From assembly GCA_024704765.1 (NCBI GenBank), contig JAKMXF010000341.1, positions 94,884-158,883 of the forward strand: a stretch of 64,000 nucleotides of DNA, written 5' to 3'. This document shows, one piece after another, positions 13,301 to 26,250 of this stretch. The position numbers and the translations under genes were made by a program. Within the stretch, counting starts at the first letter, position 1; each line of letters starts with the position of its first letter. Below the pieces are notes generated by a model. It ran no database searches, was not told the DNA's origin, and was given only the letters and a program-made list of their open reading frames with translations. The DNA comes from Oopsacas minuta (taxonomy: Eukaryota; Animalia; Porifera).

Positions 13301-16300
13301 TAACTCAATTGGAACACAAAGATAGTATCTAGTAATGAGATGCCACATTTGAAACGATGAAATTCAAAAGAGACGCATGCATTTGTCTGAACTTTATAGC
13401 ATACAATGGTTAGACAGAGGTACCCACTTGCCCGAATTTGTAATATACATTTGTCCGAATTATAACCAACAACCAGAAATAACACATCCGGCTATGCCAT
13501 TGCCCTATGGTCCTATCACCCTAGTGTATCCTACATCGTTTCAGATTATTCATATTCAAGGTATCACTAACCTAATGTGATCATAAGGTAGTGTCATTCT
13601 GTGTAGCTTAGATAGGATACGTTCAGACAGCAGAGGGTCTGATACTCTAAGAGAAGCACTCATGGCACCCAGAGCTAGCACTGCCATGTTAGAGAGTGTA
13701 CTATTGTGGAGCTGTTTTGGAAAAGAGCTAGGATGGAAAGCTAACTGATCCATTACATCAATAGCAAAGAGAGAGGGTCTTTTCGTTGTGGCCAGATGTG
13801 GCAGTATTTTAAATGCCATGTCTATCTCCACACAGTTTACATAGAGGAATGAGACGAGTATATACTGACAAGATGCTCTGTTACACATTCCTAGTGCATC
13901 TATCATAGTCAATACATCTGAGCGTTTGTTAAAGGGACAGGACAAATAATCAACTGATAACTGAGTAATATCTTGCTCTTTCATCTGCTCTATGACATTG
14001 ACTATCTTCCTAATTAACTTAACACATTCTGCTGTTGTTTTTGGATAGCATTTCTCTGTCAGAGTTAGGTTGGATTGGATCTATCAATGAAAGATACCAG
14101 TACAAAATACATAGGAATACTATTATCTGTATACAATTATTAATACATGATATCACCCGAGCTGACCGAGCAATTTATCATTTCAATGAATGTAGTTAAA
14201 GTACTCAACATCTTCAGGAGAATTACTATTCGAGTAAATACGGTAATAAATCGCTCTACAGATAATAATAGTTTCGAAAATTCCCTAAAGCATTGATCAG
14301 CAACACTTTGGCTGGCGGACAAGATGCAGAAAATTTGGGATATAGAAATATTATACGGCCATTCCCTAAACCGCTAGAATTATAGTCAGTGTATTTTAAA
14401 CCATATCAGAGGGCACTTTGGGGTCTCTAATTTATAACGTGCTAAGTATCCAATATCATTACATTTTGTGGTGAGGGAATTCAATTGTTGGCAGGCCAGC
14501 TAAGCAAATCCTAAAAAAATTATTACAGTTGAAATCGTTATTTTTCATTTCTTTACACGAGGAATGAAGACAAAAAATGCGTTAAGTAAAATGATACAAC
14601 AATATTTACAGATAAAAAAAGTATTTCTGTACAATTTATACGTTTTTAAGAGAAACTAATCTGAAACTCAAAATAGTTTGGTGTTAAAATAACCAAATTT
14701 CAATTGATACTAAACAAATGCGAAATACCATTCCTTAAACTCAGAAATATCTCGTTGTATTATTATTTTTTCAGGATATTAGCTAGAACATCAAATTATT
14801 TTGCATTAATTTATAACACCTCAAGAGGTAACTATTTATATATAAAATAAACGTATCACTAATTATTGCTTGCAAGTATTCACATAATTCATTAGTATTC
14901 ATGTTTGCAGTGAGGAGGAAATTTTATTTAGAATTATCATATTATGATTTCTACCTGAGTTTTAGCATTTTTGTATTGAATAGGACTTTTCACAACTCTT
15001 TGGGCTATAATACTGTCAAAAATGAGACCAGCAGGTTCTCGAATAGAAAGGGGATCAAATTTAGACATTGCTATCAGATATATCTTAGATAGACCGGTAG
15101 CCTTTATTTGAGGAGGTTTCTCTATCGAGTAGGATTCTGTTTCAGGAGTGTTAGATATCTTTGCAGTGTCCTGCACCCGAATCAACTCAATATGACCTAA
15201 TCATAATATAAAGTGATACAGTGGAACCTGCAAAACCGACACTTGTTGGATTATGCATGCGAATTTGTATTATCGGAAGCTATTTCAGGTCAGAAACACT
15301 GTCAGATTATAGAGGTGTAGTTTATACAGGTTCTACTGTAATTCTCAATTGTTGTTTGTGCAAACTAAAGGTAAATAACATAATTCAAATAAATGTAAGA
15401 ATAGTAACAAACCAGTTTCTGTTTTTATTTGCATTTCTTTGCTTTGAGTATGATCTCTTTGAGGATCTCTCTTGATCTTCTTGTAAGTAACAACATTATT
15501 TCTCTCATTCACTTCATATCTACAGTACAAAGACTTACAGGTAAGAAATCTTATCTTAGCAAAAGTAATTTGACATATTTCAAAAATTTAATTAGAGCCA
15601 AAAATACAGTGCCCACCGGACAATCCGTTACATCATTCGCGGCGGATTATCCGGTGGGCACAATACTATTATACGTAACAATATATTACAAAGGAATTGG
15701 TGTATTATATTACAAAGGAATTGGTGTATGAAATTACAAGCCCAATGTGCTAAATTCTGCTTAATTACTACTTTCCGTTCCGATTGTTATCCACTCAGGT
15801 TGAACAAGCAATTTTAGACAACTACTATTGTTAATACAGTGGAACTTCGTTAATACGAACACAGTTAATAAGAATTTCCAGATAAGATGAACAAACATTT
15901 GCACATAATCAGGTCCTTACAATGGAAATACAATGAGTATTACTCCGGTTAATACGAACCAGTGGCGGCGGAACCACGTGGGCTACGGGAGCTTAGCCCC
16001 CTAAATATCAGGCTTGTTGTATAAAATATTTCTCTGTATAAAAGCTAATTTCCTATTTACACATCAAATTCAGAAATGCTGTATATTGCCATTGAAAACT
16101 GTTAGAGTGAACTGTTCGTTGTGCTTGTTATTGATATAAATACTTTTGAGAATCCAATGCCCTTCAAATCAATAATATTACCTGTCATTTTTACGATTTC
16201 TGCCCCCCTGAAAAATAATTCATTCCGCCTCCACTGATACGAACTCCGTAAAAGGCGAACAAAATTTGACGGTCCGTTGGTGTTCGTATTAACAAAGTTT

Positions 16301-18071
16301 CACTGTAATAATAAACACAATTTTTCTACAATACGACAATATTGGGTATGGATATGGGCATGTCCTTAAGGAGAATATATCAAAGTACAAAATAAACTAA
16401 CTTTGCAGAATGAGTTCCTGAATGATCCAAATCAGGTACCCTGTAACTCCATCCTCCGTATTTCTTACTGGTTCCTTTATTCCTGACGTAGTTATGTAGA
16501 CGTAGAGAGAAAGAGCTTATAACTGCTTTCTTCAGTTGTAACACCTCTGTATCTTCATTCTCTGGATATCGTACCTTGCTATTAGATGGAAAATTAACAA
16601 TACACTCAGTAGCGACCCTACTAGAAGGCCAGTTGTCGTCAAACAAACGGAAAACAGTGTAGACTTCTTCCCGTAGGAATTTCAGGGACAGGATTACAGA
16701 ATTCACTATTCATAAGCACTAGTAAATTAATGATTCACCTGATTAGTCCATCTTGTCGCTGATAGAATGAGAACCACTGAGAGAAATTCAGGTTATGCTC
16801 AGTCATTTCATGACTTTGCTCTCCGGCTTGTACACTTATCACACTTGTATCAGTGAGTCGAACATGTACCGAGGTGCAGTTGAGAGTTCCAAATAAATCC
16901 TCTCGCATTAATACACCTTCTTTCTCTTCACATTGACTAACTGCATATCCGGAGAGGAAAGCTCTCGCGGTAAAGAAGAACCTGTCTACATCTTTTAAAG
17001 TTATCTAATAACATAAACACAATAGAACTCAGATAAGACGTACTCCCTATGGAAATAAAATTAGTACCTACTAACCGAAGTATATCTTAAGGGTACAGCC
17101 GAAATCGTTTTTTTTGCCCAAAAAATGCATGAAAAAGAGGCAAAATAATCCGTTTCAACGAGTAAACCAATTTATGCTTTTAGGGCGAAATTCTTAGACT
17201 TTATGTTCATCGAATTAGTCCAGTACAGAGTCAGAAACAAGAAAAATCGATATTAACTAAACAATTAACAATATTTAATCATTTGATAAATGAAAATTGC
17301 ACTCTTGATCACTTAACATATGAAAAAGAGAAAGAAACAGAGACGCAAAATAACCAGAAATAATGCATTAAAATTATACTTTTTTATATGATTAAGTTAT
17401 CAAAACCTGATAGAAAAAAATTAAACAACCAATTAAGTTTTGTATTTATATTGTATTTTGGGAGAAACAAGCAATTGCAAGGAGGCAAAAATAAAATTAC
17501 CCAGCGGCGCCAATTAATTATACAAATATACATATCACAATTACGACTGTACTAACCGAGTTCTACTGTTACAATATTATATTATGAGTAGCAAACAGAA
17601 AATATTATCAACTACCTAAAACATATACAACTTCTACAAAATGACGCGAATTCCTTAGTTCGAAACTATCACTCTTCATGAGAACATGAAATTTACAAAC
17701 ACACAGATTGGGACTGCGGACGGTATTTTATATTGTATATGCAGGGTTGCCATGGGAATGCGAATTGGAATTCCGTTCCCACGGCACCTGTGTGTTTGGG
17801 CCAATGACATATTTGGGATCTGTTGTCTCATTACATTATTTATGGGGATAAAAATTGAATATTTCAGTTACACAAGTATATAAGTAAAATATGGGTTTCT
17901 CTATCTGCGATCAAAATTATTCTCAAAATTGTTAAAATACCAACTCCTTACCTCTGCAGAGTATGAGTATTCATACTGTGAACCCACCAAGAACGGGGTA
18001 GGGGTAATCTCTGTCCTTCCAGTACGGATAAGAAATAGAATAATGAAGATAAGAAGTGAATGCTTTGTCAT
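1..18071 (-). CDS. Giant secreted multidomain protein, 3'-truncated by the window: signal peptide, vitellogenin/lipid-transport (LPD_N-like) domain, helical region, M23/LECT2-like domain, poly-Asp, SAP-like motif, NGNGT repeats, PAN/Apple domain, FN3-like DPESGI repeats
   Basis: Hand-built model with GT-AG introns and consistent phases. Exons: 18071-17952, 17004-16739, 16578-16402, 15519-15413, 15196-14955, 14080-13572, 13269-13062, 12579-7503, 7295-6980, 6714-6542, 5914-5259, 4944-4794, 3692-3241, 2826-2217, 1702-1 (open to the edge); about 3590 codons. N-terminus MTKHSLLIFIILFLIRTG is signal-like. LPD_N-like motifs: FLVGSQYEYSYSAE, WFSFYQRQDGLISKVRYPENEDTEVLQLKKAVISSF, SLIHSLGNAGHENSFNLIKSY...LRRSAVHSLR. 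Repeated W..F.DPESGI..Y FN3-like units. Confidence 0.85.
9440..9610 (-). repeat. Coding pentapeptide repeat (NGNGT)n in the giant protein
   Basis: Degenerate 15-bp tandem repeat (ttccattagttccat-like) translating as NGNGTNGNGT... inside the 7503-12579 exon. Confidence 0.95.
10320..10395 (-). repeat. Coding (GAT)n microsatellite: ENGDDD x3 followed by a poly-Asp tract
   Basis: (tca)n run on the + strand. Translation on - is ADDENGDDDENGDDDENGDDDD...EES. Confidence 0.95.
15219..15338. mobile_element. Tc1/pogo-type MITE (intronic)
   Basis: Imperfect TIRs CAGTGGAACCTG / CAGGTTCTACTG with TA on both flanks. The internal sequence is the reverse complement of part of the copy at 28852-29006. Confidence 0.8.
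15607..15662. repeat. Micro-MITE or hairpin
   Basis: GTGCCCACCGGACAATCCG ... CGGATTATCCGGTGGGCAC inverted repeat, preceded by TACA as in Tc1-type CAGT ends. Confidence 0.65.
15837..16305. mobile_element. Tc1/pogo-type MITE carrying a nested insertion
   Basis: TIRs CAGTGGAACTTCGTTAATACGAACAC / GTGTTCGTATTAACAAAGTTTCACTG with TA flanks. Confidence 0.85.
15960..16236. mobile_element. hAT-type MITE nested in the preceding MITE
   Basis: TIRs CAGTGGCGGCGGAA / TTCCGCCTCCACTG and a perfect 8-bp target duplication ATACGAAC at 15952-15959 and 16237-16244. Confidence 0.9.
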
Positions 18072-18659
18072 CGAAATTAACACGAATAGTATCTATCATA
18101 TAATCCGCGTTTCTATAAAAATAACATAATAATTATATAAACATCAAAATTCCGTGTGATTACATGATAAATAAGAAAATATATTCTTACATGAAGTAAC
18201 TGATCAAAAAACAGTGAAGTTAAATGGTACAATACAAGACCTTCACTAATCTGAAGAATTTAGTATAAATTTATATTAGAATGCGAATTTGTTAGAGATA
18301 TACCTCTAAAATGGTTATAAAAGTCATAATGCGTATCCTAATTCATATAATGTCTAAGAAAGTATAGAATTGCGGTTTCAACGATCCAATGGTCCACTGG
18401 GTAAGCTACATATGACATTTACATAGAGTAATTAGACATTGATATTAGATAAAAGCTTTTGTAAAATACGTATAACTGATAACCTACCTGCTGATTTATA
18501 AAGTATAATCCCTGGATACATTGCGGTATTTCTTGGAATTTATTCATTTCCTGGACGTATTTATAGAATAGAATTCTTGAATATTCTGAAAATTAGGAGA
18601 TGAAATACTGAATTATAATAATCTATATGATTAAATTGCTATTTTTGTCTAATTTCGCT

Positions 18660-18960
18660 AGATTGACTGGACTATTTGTCCGTTGTCAATGATAGGATTT
18701 CTGGAATGCTATATTGAATTCAAATTTCTCAATTCTGAGATGTCGCATAACTATGTATTTATCGTGTTAACTATGTATTTATCGTGTTAACTATGTATTT
18801 ATCGTGTTTACCTAGAAAGTAAACAGAACAAAATAAAACTTGACTAAATAGATCGAATATGCTGAATCCGATTTTCACACTTTTGAATTAATTATATGTA
18901 AATTTATTTGTTGTATTTATGAATAGAAAGTAAACAAGTTAGCTAAATCTCAAAATACTG
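18660..18960 (+). mobile_element. Partial copy of the Helitron-like dispersed repeat, with an internal 3 x 20-bp tandem (18749-18808)
   Basis: Shares ttgtccgttgtcaa, gtcgcataactatgtatttatcgtgtt and gctgaatccgattttcacacttttg with 27256-27757. Unit aactatgtatttatcgtgtt occurs three times. Confidence 0.7.
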
Positions 18961-21160
18961 TTAGAGACTTGCTCTCAACAGCTATAATGGGATTCTATAA
19001 TCATACATATTTCAATAATCTCATCAATAAGAATATTGCTTATCATTTTGAGAATATATACGTATGTCGTTGTAACCATAATATACTTCTTCGTAAAATA
19101 CGAATAGCGAGAAGTTCGGGAGAACAATTAACAATCCGTCTGGGAAAGAATTGGAATAGTTAGCTTTCAATTAATCAAATTAATCATCGTTTTCTTAAAC
19201 CAGTAAGAATATAATCCGTTATCTCTATTTGCCCCAAAGATTTACAGGTAAATAGCTTCAAGGTATGAATGACTAACACAACTTGCAGACATACTGAAGT
19301 TAAAATGTTGTCTTGCACGTGGCTAACACCCTAGAATCTAAAGTATTACTAGAAGCAACAGAAAAAATTCAATGATTTTCGCAAAAAATGGTAAATTGCA
19401 AATTTTTGAGATTATGATGACGGATAGAATAAATATGTATAATGTACTTGGATGTCTTATCTTATCTGAGTTGTTGATACCGATATGAAATGGAGTTAAT
19501 CAAATTTCGAGAATTACAAATTACAGGTATAAATACACACAAACAGATGGAAAAAGTAATCTGCAATGCTTTCAACTTACCAAATCGTTATCAAGCTGCG
19601 TCCACTCATAATATTTCCATATAGCAGCTCTCATCGTAACTTATTACATTTCACTAAAATATAAGATATCGGGTTGAAATCAAGAATCTACCAAACTTAC
19701 CAACAGTAGGAGTTGATTTCAATAAAGTTAGGACAAAATTACGGATAAAATCAACGATCTACAACTTAATTCTATTCCTTTCCATGTCAGAGCTGATTGC
19801 AAATATTCTACTCCAAGCAGTTGATATCAGCCAATTGGATTTAAATATTTATGTTACTCCAGCATAACAAAGAAACAAGCGATTGAGGTACCTATACCTG
19901 TCAGTATTGCGTAAATTATAAATGTTAATTTGAGCATAGAAGAAGCGTTTTATAATCTGTTTCCTCTCAAAGTATTGGTATTTATTGGAGTGTAAACTAG
20001 CTGAATTCATGTTTCCTTTTAGCAATTTGTAGAATTTGTTTGAGGTATATAGATAAATACACATATCTACAAAACCAAATAACATCATTCTAGCTTCCTT
20101 GTTTCCTACCAGACATATCTATTCCAAACAAACTCAAGAAATCATGGCCACAATTATAGATAATGTATTAATATTCGAGTAAATTTGCATGTTTATTATC
20201 GATGTGTTGTTCATTACTATAAATATAGTATTCAGCATACAAATTATATATAATCTTATTAGAAAACGCAAGTAAAACAACGAAAAAATCTGCATTGACT
20301 CGCCCTCTCATGGATAAATACTGAAAGAATATACACTCATATGATGAATGGAATACATAGGAGACGCTCAAAATATTCTGTATTAACTGACTCTGTATTT
20401 ACTTGTCTTTGTTTTAAAATAAATTATCTACATTATTTCTTTTCTCTTCATGGTCTGACTTTAAATTAGATATTGGAGTGTTCAAATGTCATGCAACATA
20501 ATTCAACCACCAAGCCCCAATTATTGTTACTCCACGTAATTCTTACCATAGGTAACTTTAAGTTTAACCTACGTTAAAGTTACTCCCTTCAGTTTAGATG
20601 TACCCTCGGGCATTATAAGTTCTAACTTATGTTTTCCATACCGTAATACAATTAAATAAGGTATCTAAAGTAAATAACGCATATGCTGCATTTTGAGTAT
20701 CCATCATGCGTTCATCTCCTACTATCAGGGATGTCGGAAGACATGAAAAGTGAGGCGGCCCAAGCCGCCCCACCTCGAACGACCCTATCTACAATTAGCT
20801 CTATAATATATTTGAATAATTAATTATACCTAGATATGGATGAGGACATGCTATAAGTAATAACCGATTGTGAACTATAGCGCTGATTGGAATCCAATTC
20901 TAAATGAAAATAACCATATTAGAATACAAATATCGTAATTCAGTATTTGTTAAGATGATATGAAAACTATTCCCTCATGAACCAGCCTTATGCTCTACTG
21001 ATGACTACACCTTAACTACATATCCTGTCCCATAAATTAATTAGATTTCTGGGATGGTAACATCCCGAAATATTCAGTTATGGAAATTTGGTAACGTATA
21101 TAGTATAATACAATATAAACATAGAATACAGTCCTGCAATGCAAACATTCCCAATACAAA

Positions 21161-22291
21161 TCAGTTTATTTTCACTTGATTAGTCCCTTCAGTCGATTCA
21201 CTCCTTAACAAACTTTGAGATTCCTGTTTATCATTTCTATTGAATATTCTTATCCCAAAGCATCTAAACCCCTTTACTTTGTCTCTGTATAACACATAAT
21301 GTTGTAGAACGAATATTATGTCAAAGCCAATTGAAATAACTCCTAACCAGAATTTGACAAAGTCTCCAAATATAGACAACCAATCATTGAAGTTGTAAGC
21401 TAGTATCACCATTTGTAGGACAGATAGGACACCTCCTGAGAAATCTAACCATATGCCTTCTATACTGAAGCCAACAGTAGATTTAGACCTGTAGTTCATC
21501 CACGCCTGTGGTGTATACTTAATAACTGTTATAACAAGCTTTACATACGACATAACGTATATACAGTTCAGCCATGAAGTAACAGATACCACAGCAAGAA
21601 TGCATGTAATTCCAGCTGCTAATAACAAAAAAATTAGTATTGTGCAAGCAATAGGTGATACATGCAATTTTCTACCATAGTATATGGTTTGTAATAGAAT
21701 AACGAGTGATATGGCTAATCCATGCAATGAGAATATGACGTCATTTAATCGAACAGGGTTAACTCCCCCTGGATGCAATGCCAAGTATTGATCCTGAATA
21801 AATGTAGACCAATATAGGGATACATTGAATGTAGAGTACGAGAAGTAACCAAGTATATTCATTAGCACATAATCAACACTGAATCCATCAATGCTCTTGC
21901 GAAGGAAATTTTGTACAACTTGAGGATAGAACGAAATGCTCCAACAAAGGAAATACATCCATCCTATGCTATTAGATACCCATTGTAGGAAAGAGTAGTG
22001 TAGAACTGAAAATCTGATATACTCACCATTAGGAAATTGTACAGGATAATTCGGTGAAAGTTGGTATACAGCTTTACCTGGCGAAAGTCCCCCAAAATAT
22101 ACATCAACAACAGAGTTTCCTGTTTGGAAAGAGGTGTTAGGAGGAAGAGACACAATTCTCGGGTGTCTCTCTTCCAAGGAAAAGAATGTTAATATTAGTG
22201 AAGAAGTTAAGTTTGCGATAAATGTAAGATTACTAATCTCTCCGACAACTAACTGAGAACTGTATCTGTAGAAGATAGTATTGCTCGACAT
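21161..22291 (-). CDS. CTNS: Cystinosin (lysosomal cystine transporter, PQ-loop family); 5' end uncertain
   Basis: 376 aa ORF. Motifs GWMYFLCWSISFYPQVVQNFLRKSIDGFSVDY, NPVRLNDVIFSLHG, KYTPQAWMNYRSKSTVGFSI..IWLDFSGG.LS.LQ, KFWLG.ISI.FDIIF.LQHYVLY. No obvious signal peptide, so an upstream exon is possible. Confidence 0.93.
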   Translation of the reverse strand: MSSNTIFYRYSSQLVVGEISNLTFIANLTSSLILTFFSLEERHPRIVSLPPNTSFQTGNSVVDVYFGGLSPGKAVYQLSPNYPVQFPNGEYIRFSVLHYSFLQWVSNSIGWMYFLCWSISFYPQVVQNFLRKSIDGFSVDYVLMNILGYFSYSTFNVSLYWSTFIQDQYLALHPGGVNPVRLNDVIFSLHGLAISLVILLQTIYYGRKLHVSPIACTILIFLLLAAGITCILAVVSVTSWLNCIYVMSYVKLVITVIKYTPQAWMNYRSKSTVGFSIEGIWLDFSGGVLSVLQMVILAYNFNDWLSIFGDFVKFWLGVISIGFDIIFVLQHYVLYRDKVKGFRCFGIRIFNRNDKQESQSLLRSESTEGTNQVKIN

Positions 22292-25279
22292 TTGTAGTTA
22301 AATATACTGTTTAAAATAGCTAATACAGATGTACTGGCTTCATAGCCTATATATATATGTACGATGAGAGCAAGATAGTACAATAGATATGTAAATAATG
22401 ATGGGTTTTGAATAGAGTACTTATTAAACACTTGAAAATGGGATAAAAAATACAAACACAAAGAATATTTAACTAGAATAGAAAAAATACTCAGTCATCG
22501 ATATAAGTCAGTATTTAAATCCATAATATAACACCAACTCATTTATTAATTTTGTTGATATATTCTTATATTTATTTACTATTAATTATCAATTGTTGAC
22601 TGTCAGTTCATCTGTTTGTTTGTATGTCTGATTTCAGAACATTGAAGGAGTGCGATCCAGGTGCGCGCTCATGTCTTGAAGAGCTGGGCCTGGAGCGAGC
22701 TCATTTTATGAATCAGGAGAGAAAAGTAGAGTGGCGCTCCATTGTTTGAGGACCGGGCACACTGGAGTGTGCTCCTGTCTGATAACAAGCAAAAATTTAC
22801 AAATATCATCGTTATTCTGCATAAATTCAGTATTGTTGCTATAAAAGTGGTTGTTGGAACACTTTTTCATTATTCACAAGAATTACCATCTGCATTTATT
22901 GAAGTGGATTCACGTTGCAGATCTAGTATTTCCCGAATGTATGTACAACGTTCCAATTCAATCCTGATTACTACAATAGAACCTCTATAAGTGGGGGAGG
23001 TCGGGATGGCGAAAGCTCGGATTATTTGGATACAGGGCTCAGACTCTAATGAGTTCGGGCCTTCAAATACTGCAGAATCCCTGGTCTTTTCACAGAAAAC
23101 TAATATTAAATTGCACATCTCACGATTTTGAAGGTTTCCAGGTTGAGAACCCTGCGGATATGCCCCCATTCCCCACTTATAAATTCAATGGTAAATGTCC
23201 TTATATGAGAGTTTTAGAGTCAATTTTTAGCCACTTCCTCCAATGACTGTTTCTTCAAAGATATTTGACTTTTATAATATACCAGCCGCTTGGCTTGCTC
23301 GCGTTGCGCTGCTTGCGAACACTTTGTGTTCGAAAGCGGATTGACACTTTGCATAGCTCGTGTACTGATCCTAATGCGGATGCGCACAGGACTTTTAATA
23401 CCTCAATTCTTCATAGAATTATTTTTAAAAGATTCTCGCAATTCTGAGATGTCATATAACTATGTATTTATGGCGTTAAATAATCAGGAAATTAAATGGA
23501 CCAAAATACGCTTATTCCGAATTTAGAATTGGAATATGAACTTAACTAAACATGAACAACCTAACTGCAGCCTTAAGGAACCGTCAATTTGGATAATAAT
23601 GTATACCTCATCACAAAGCGCCTAGCTAAGGTTTCGTATATTACATTGTATACACGCCTGTGAATGTAACACTTCTCGGACTCTTACCTAAATATCCCGC
23701 TACCGAAATAAACAAAAATATTTGAAAAAAGAGATAGTTGAAACATTTGAATACAGGAATTTGCATTACAAGTGTCTACAATAGTTTAATATTTCGAATC
23801 CACAGTTTCTCCATTGGGATTTTGAAACTCTGTCAGTTTAGCAATTTTCCTATGTTTGAGAATATTCTCTCTCTGTATAAAGAATGTTGCAATCCTTATT
23901 TAGGATGATATAATTCATTCACTTCATTATGACTTATCTTGTGAAATGTGAGAATTATCGTAGATGTTAATACGATGAATATCAGTGCAGGTCAACACGA
24001 AGACTTCTTGGCACCTGGAATCTATAAAGTGTTACAAGCATTATCCAGTCTATAAAAACAATCTAAAACAGTCAAGCCGACATGCAATTGCAATGGTAAT
24101 TTGGGAAGGAAGCGTATTTCTGAAACATAGCGCTAGTCATATTAGATTGCAGCACAGATTGTATGCTGCCCCTATCTAATTGGTTAAATAAAATAATTGA
24201 ATCTGACTATCCAAATGTTGTTACTATAGTCTCCTGACGAAATAATGAAATCCTTAATTGCCATCCCAGCGGTTTAGAATAGCTGATTGAGTTGTTTGGA
24301 CAAATTTTGATTGGACAGTGAAAATAGCCTCTAATCTGCTGTATCAACTTCTTTGAACACATTTTTGCAGTCTTTGAGGCAGATTTTCGGTGAATAGCTC
24401 TATTCTTACCCCTTTATGTTTCCCCAGTGCCTTATATCTGGGTTATTGAATTGACAAATTTAAAAGCAACAATTGGGACTTATCCCTACTTGAAGGCCTT
24501 TCGAACTTAATCCTACTTCAAATTCAGACTTAATCCCGCGACCCATCCGACTGTATACATTGTAAATGTAATACAAGTGAATTGATTAACAAGTAAAGTC
24601 CAATCATTACTAATTTACTATTAAATAATGTAATTTGTGTTTATTCTCAATATTATTTCTATCTGTTTGTTGGTTTTCAAGGAAATGATCTATGGTAAGC
24701 TATATGAATTCAAATTTTGTAATTTCAAGATGTCCTATATATATATATATATTTAGCATGTGTTTATGAAAATATGAATAGATTTCGACAATTTAACCAG
24801 ATTTATCGCATATGAAGAATTCGATTTTCACACTTTTGAATTAATCACGTGTAATGTATTTCTTACATTCCTGAATAAAAAAACAATCAAATTACCCACA
24901 AAGGTAAATTTTTTCCTGAAACATGTTTGAATGTAATACACATAAGCTGTACGAATTGGTATGGATGCTAAAAAGGAAATTATTGATTTATGGTAATCAC
25001 AACAGACAGTTGTGTATAATTATGAGAGTTAGCATAAAGTGCATGTATTTTTGCTTTTATTTACATAATATACTGAAAACCAGTGACTTAGATTAGTTAG
25101 AAATTTCATTGATATTTTCGTTTTATCAGGAATAATTTGAAGAAATCACAATGAGTCGAAAGTTGTACTTCATCTAGTATAGTATAGACTTAGATCAACA
25201 TATCAGATATTATAAGTATAATTAAAATTTACCATACATTTTCTCTTGTTTAGTATCGAACAACTCACATTTTTGTATC

Positions 25280-26250
25280 TTGATTAACGTCTTCAACAAC
25301 AGCTCAACAGGTGGAGGTGGACCTTGGAGAATCTTGTACTTCTTGACAGCATCTTGCTTATTTCTATAAATCGTTAGTAAAATTCAACTTTCCTCTTCAA
25401 AGAGCTAGTAGTAAACTCATGGTCAGTACATCTAGAACAGACCCGTAGCCTCGATAATTGAAACGATCTGACCATTGAAAAATTTGAGAATGTTCAAAAC
25501 TCAGAGCATACGTAGAGACTAACTGGGTAAGTTTCGAATATTCAAGTTTATCTTTTGTTAATTTATAATGATTTTATTAAATATGCATAATTCAATTTCT
25601 GATGATATGTAGTAAATACGACCCCAATAAGAACAATTTGAAGCATAAAGTATACCGAGAAGCGAGGCGTAGAGAGACGAGTTTATAGCTAAGCCACGAG
25701 CCTCGTTATTAGTAGTTAATAATGAATAAATACATCAAAAAAGCAATCTATAACCTCCAAAAGGTATTCTACTCACATCATTAAAACCTATTAAGTCCAG
25801 ACTTACGCTTGTATAACAATTATTTGACTGCAATCCAATTTGTACGCTATCCTAAGTATATTGCTGTTATCTCCCAGCATGCTCGTGTTAACATGCAATT
25901 CCTTAGCAAACATAATATAACATATACTAAATGTAATATTAGAGCATAAGGTAGACATCAGTGAATGGTTTGTCAATTATCTATTTCTTCCGCTTGAAAC
26001 CAGATAGAAACAAGATTCTTCCAGGGTAGTGTGAATTATTGTATCTATACATTATAATAACATATTGATGATACTTTCCCCAAATCCTTTGTTAAGAGTA
26101 TCATTCTGGCAAGTTGAGTTGGAGATTAGAAGAGATATCTTCGAATTGTTATTCGTTACTTGAATTACATTATCTAATGCCTCTTCTTATATGTTTATAC
26201 TAAGATTCTTATAGATAGATAAATCTCAATGGTATGATAAACCTAGATAA
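25280..26250 (-). pseudogene. Possible decayed receptor ectodomain (ANF-receptor or periplasmic-binding-like)
   Basis: Interrupted frames EEALDNVIQVTNNNSKISLLISNSTCQ, ELHVNTSMLGDNSNILRIAYKLDCSQIIVIQA|GTAAGT and YGSVLDVLTMSLLLAL*RGKLNFTNDL*..CC. The resemblance is judged by eye and there are several in-frame stops. Confidence 0.3.

Noticed and set aside
14140-14322. ORF as an exon of the giant gene
   Set aside because: The exon ending at 14955 splices in phase directly to 14080, and this ORF lacks fitting splice sites and family motifs.
18749-18808. CRISPR-like repeat array
   Set aside because: Direct 20-bp tandem with no spacers, inside a eukaryotic dispersed repeat.
22660-23250. Possible hAT end and transposase remnant
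   Set aside because: GGAGCG-rich subterminal-like sequence and faint motifs are present, but I could not define a TIR pair, a TSD or a convincing frame.
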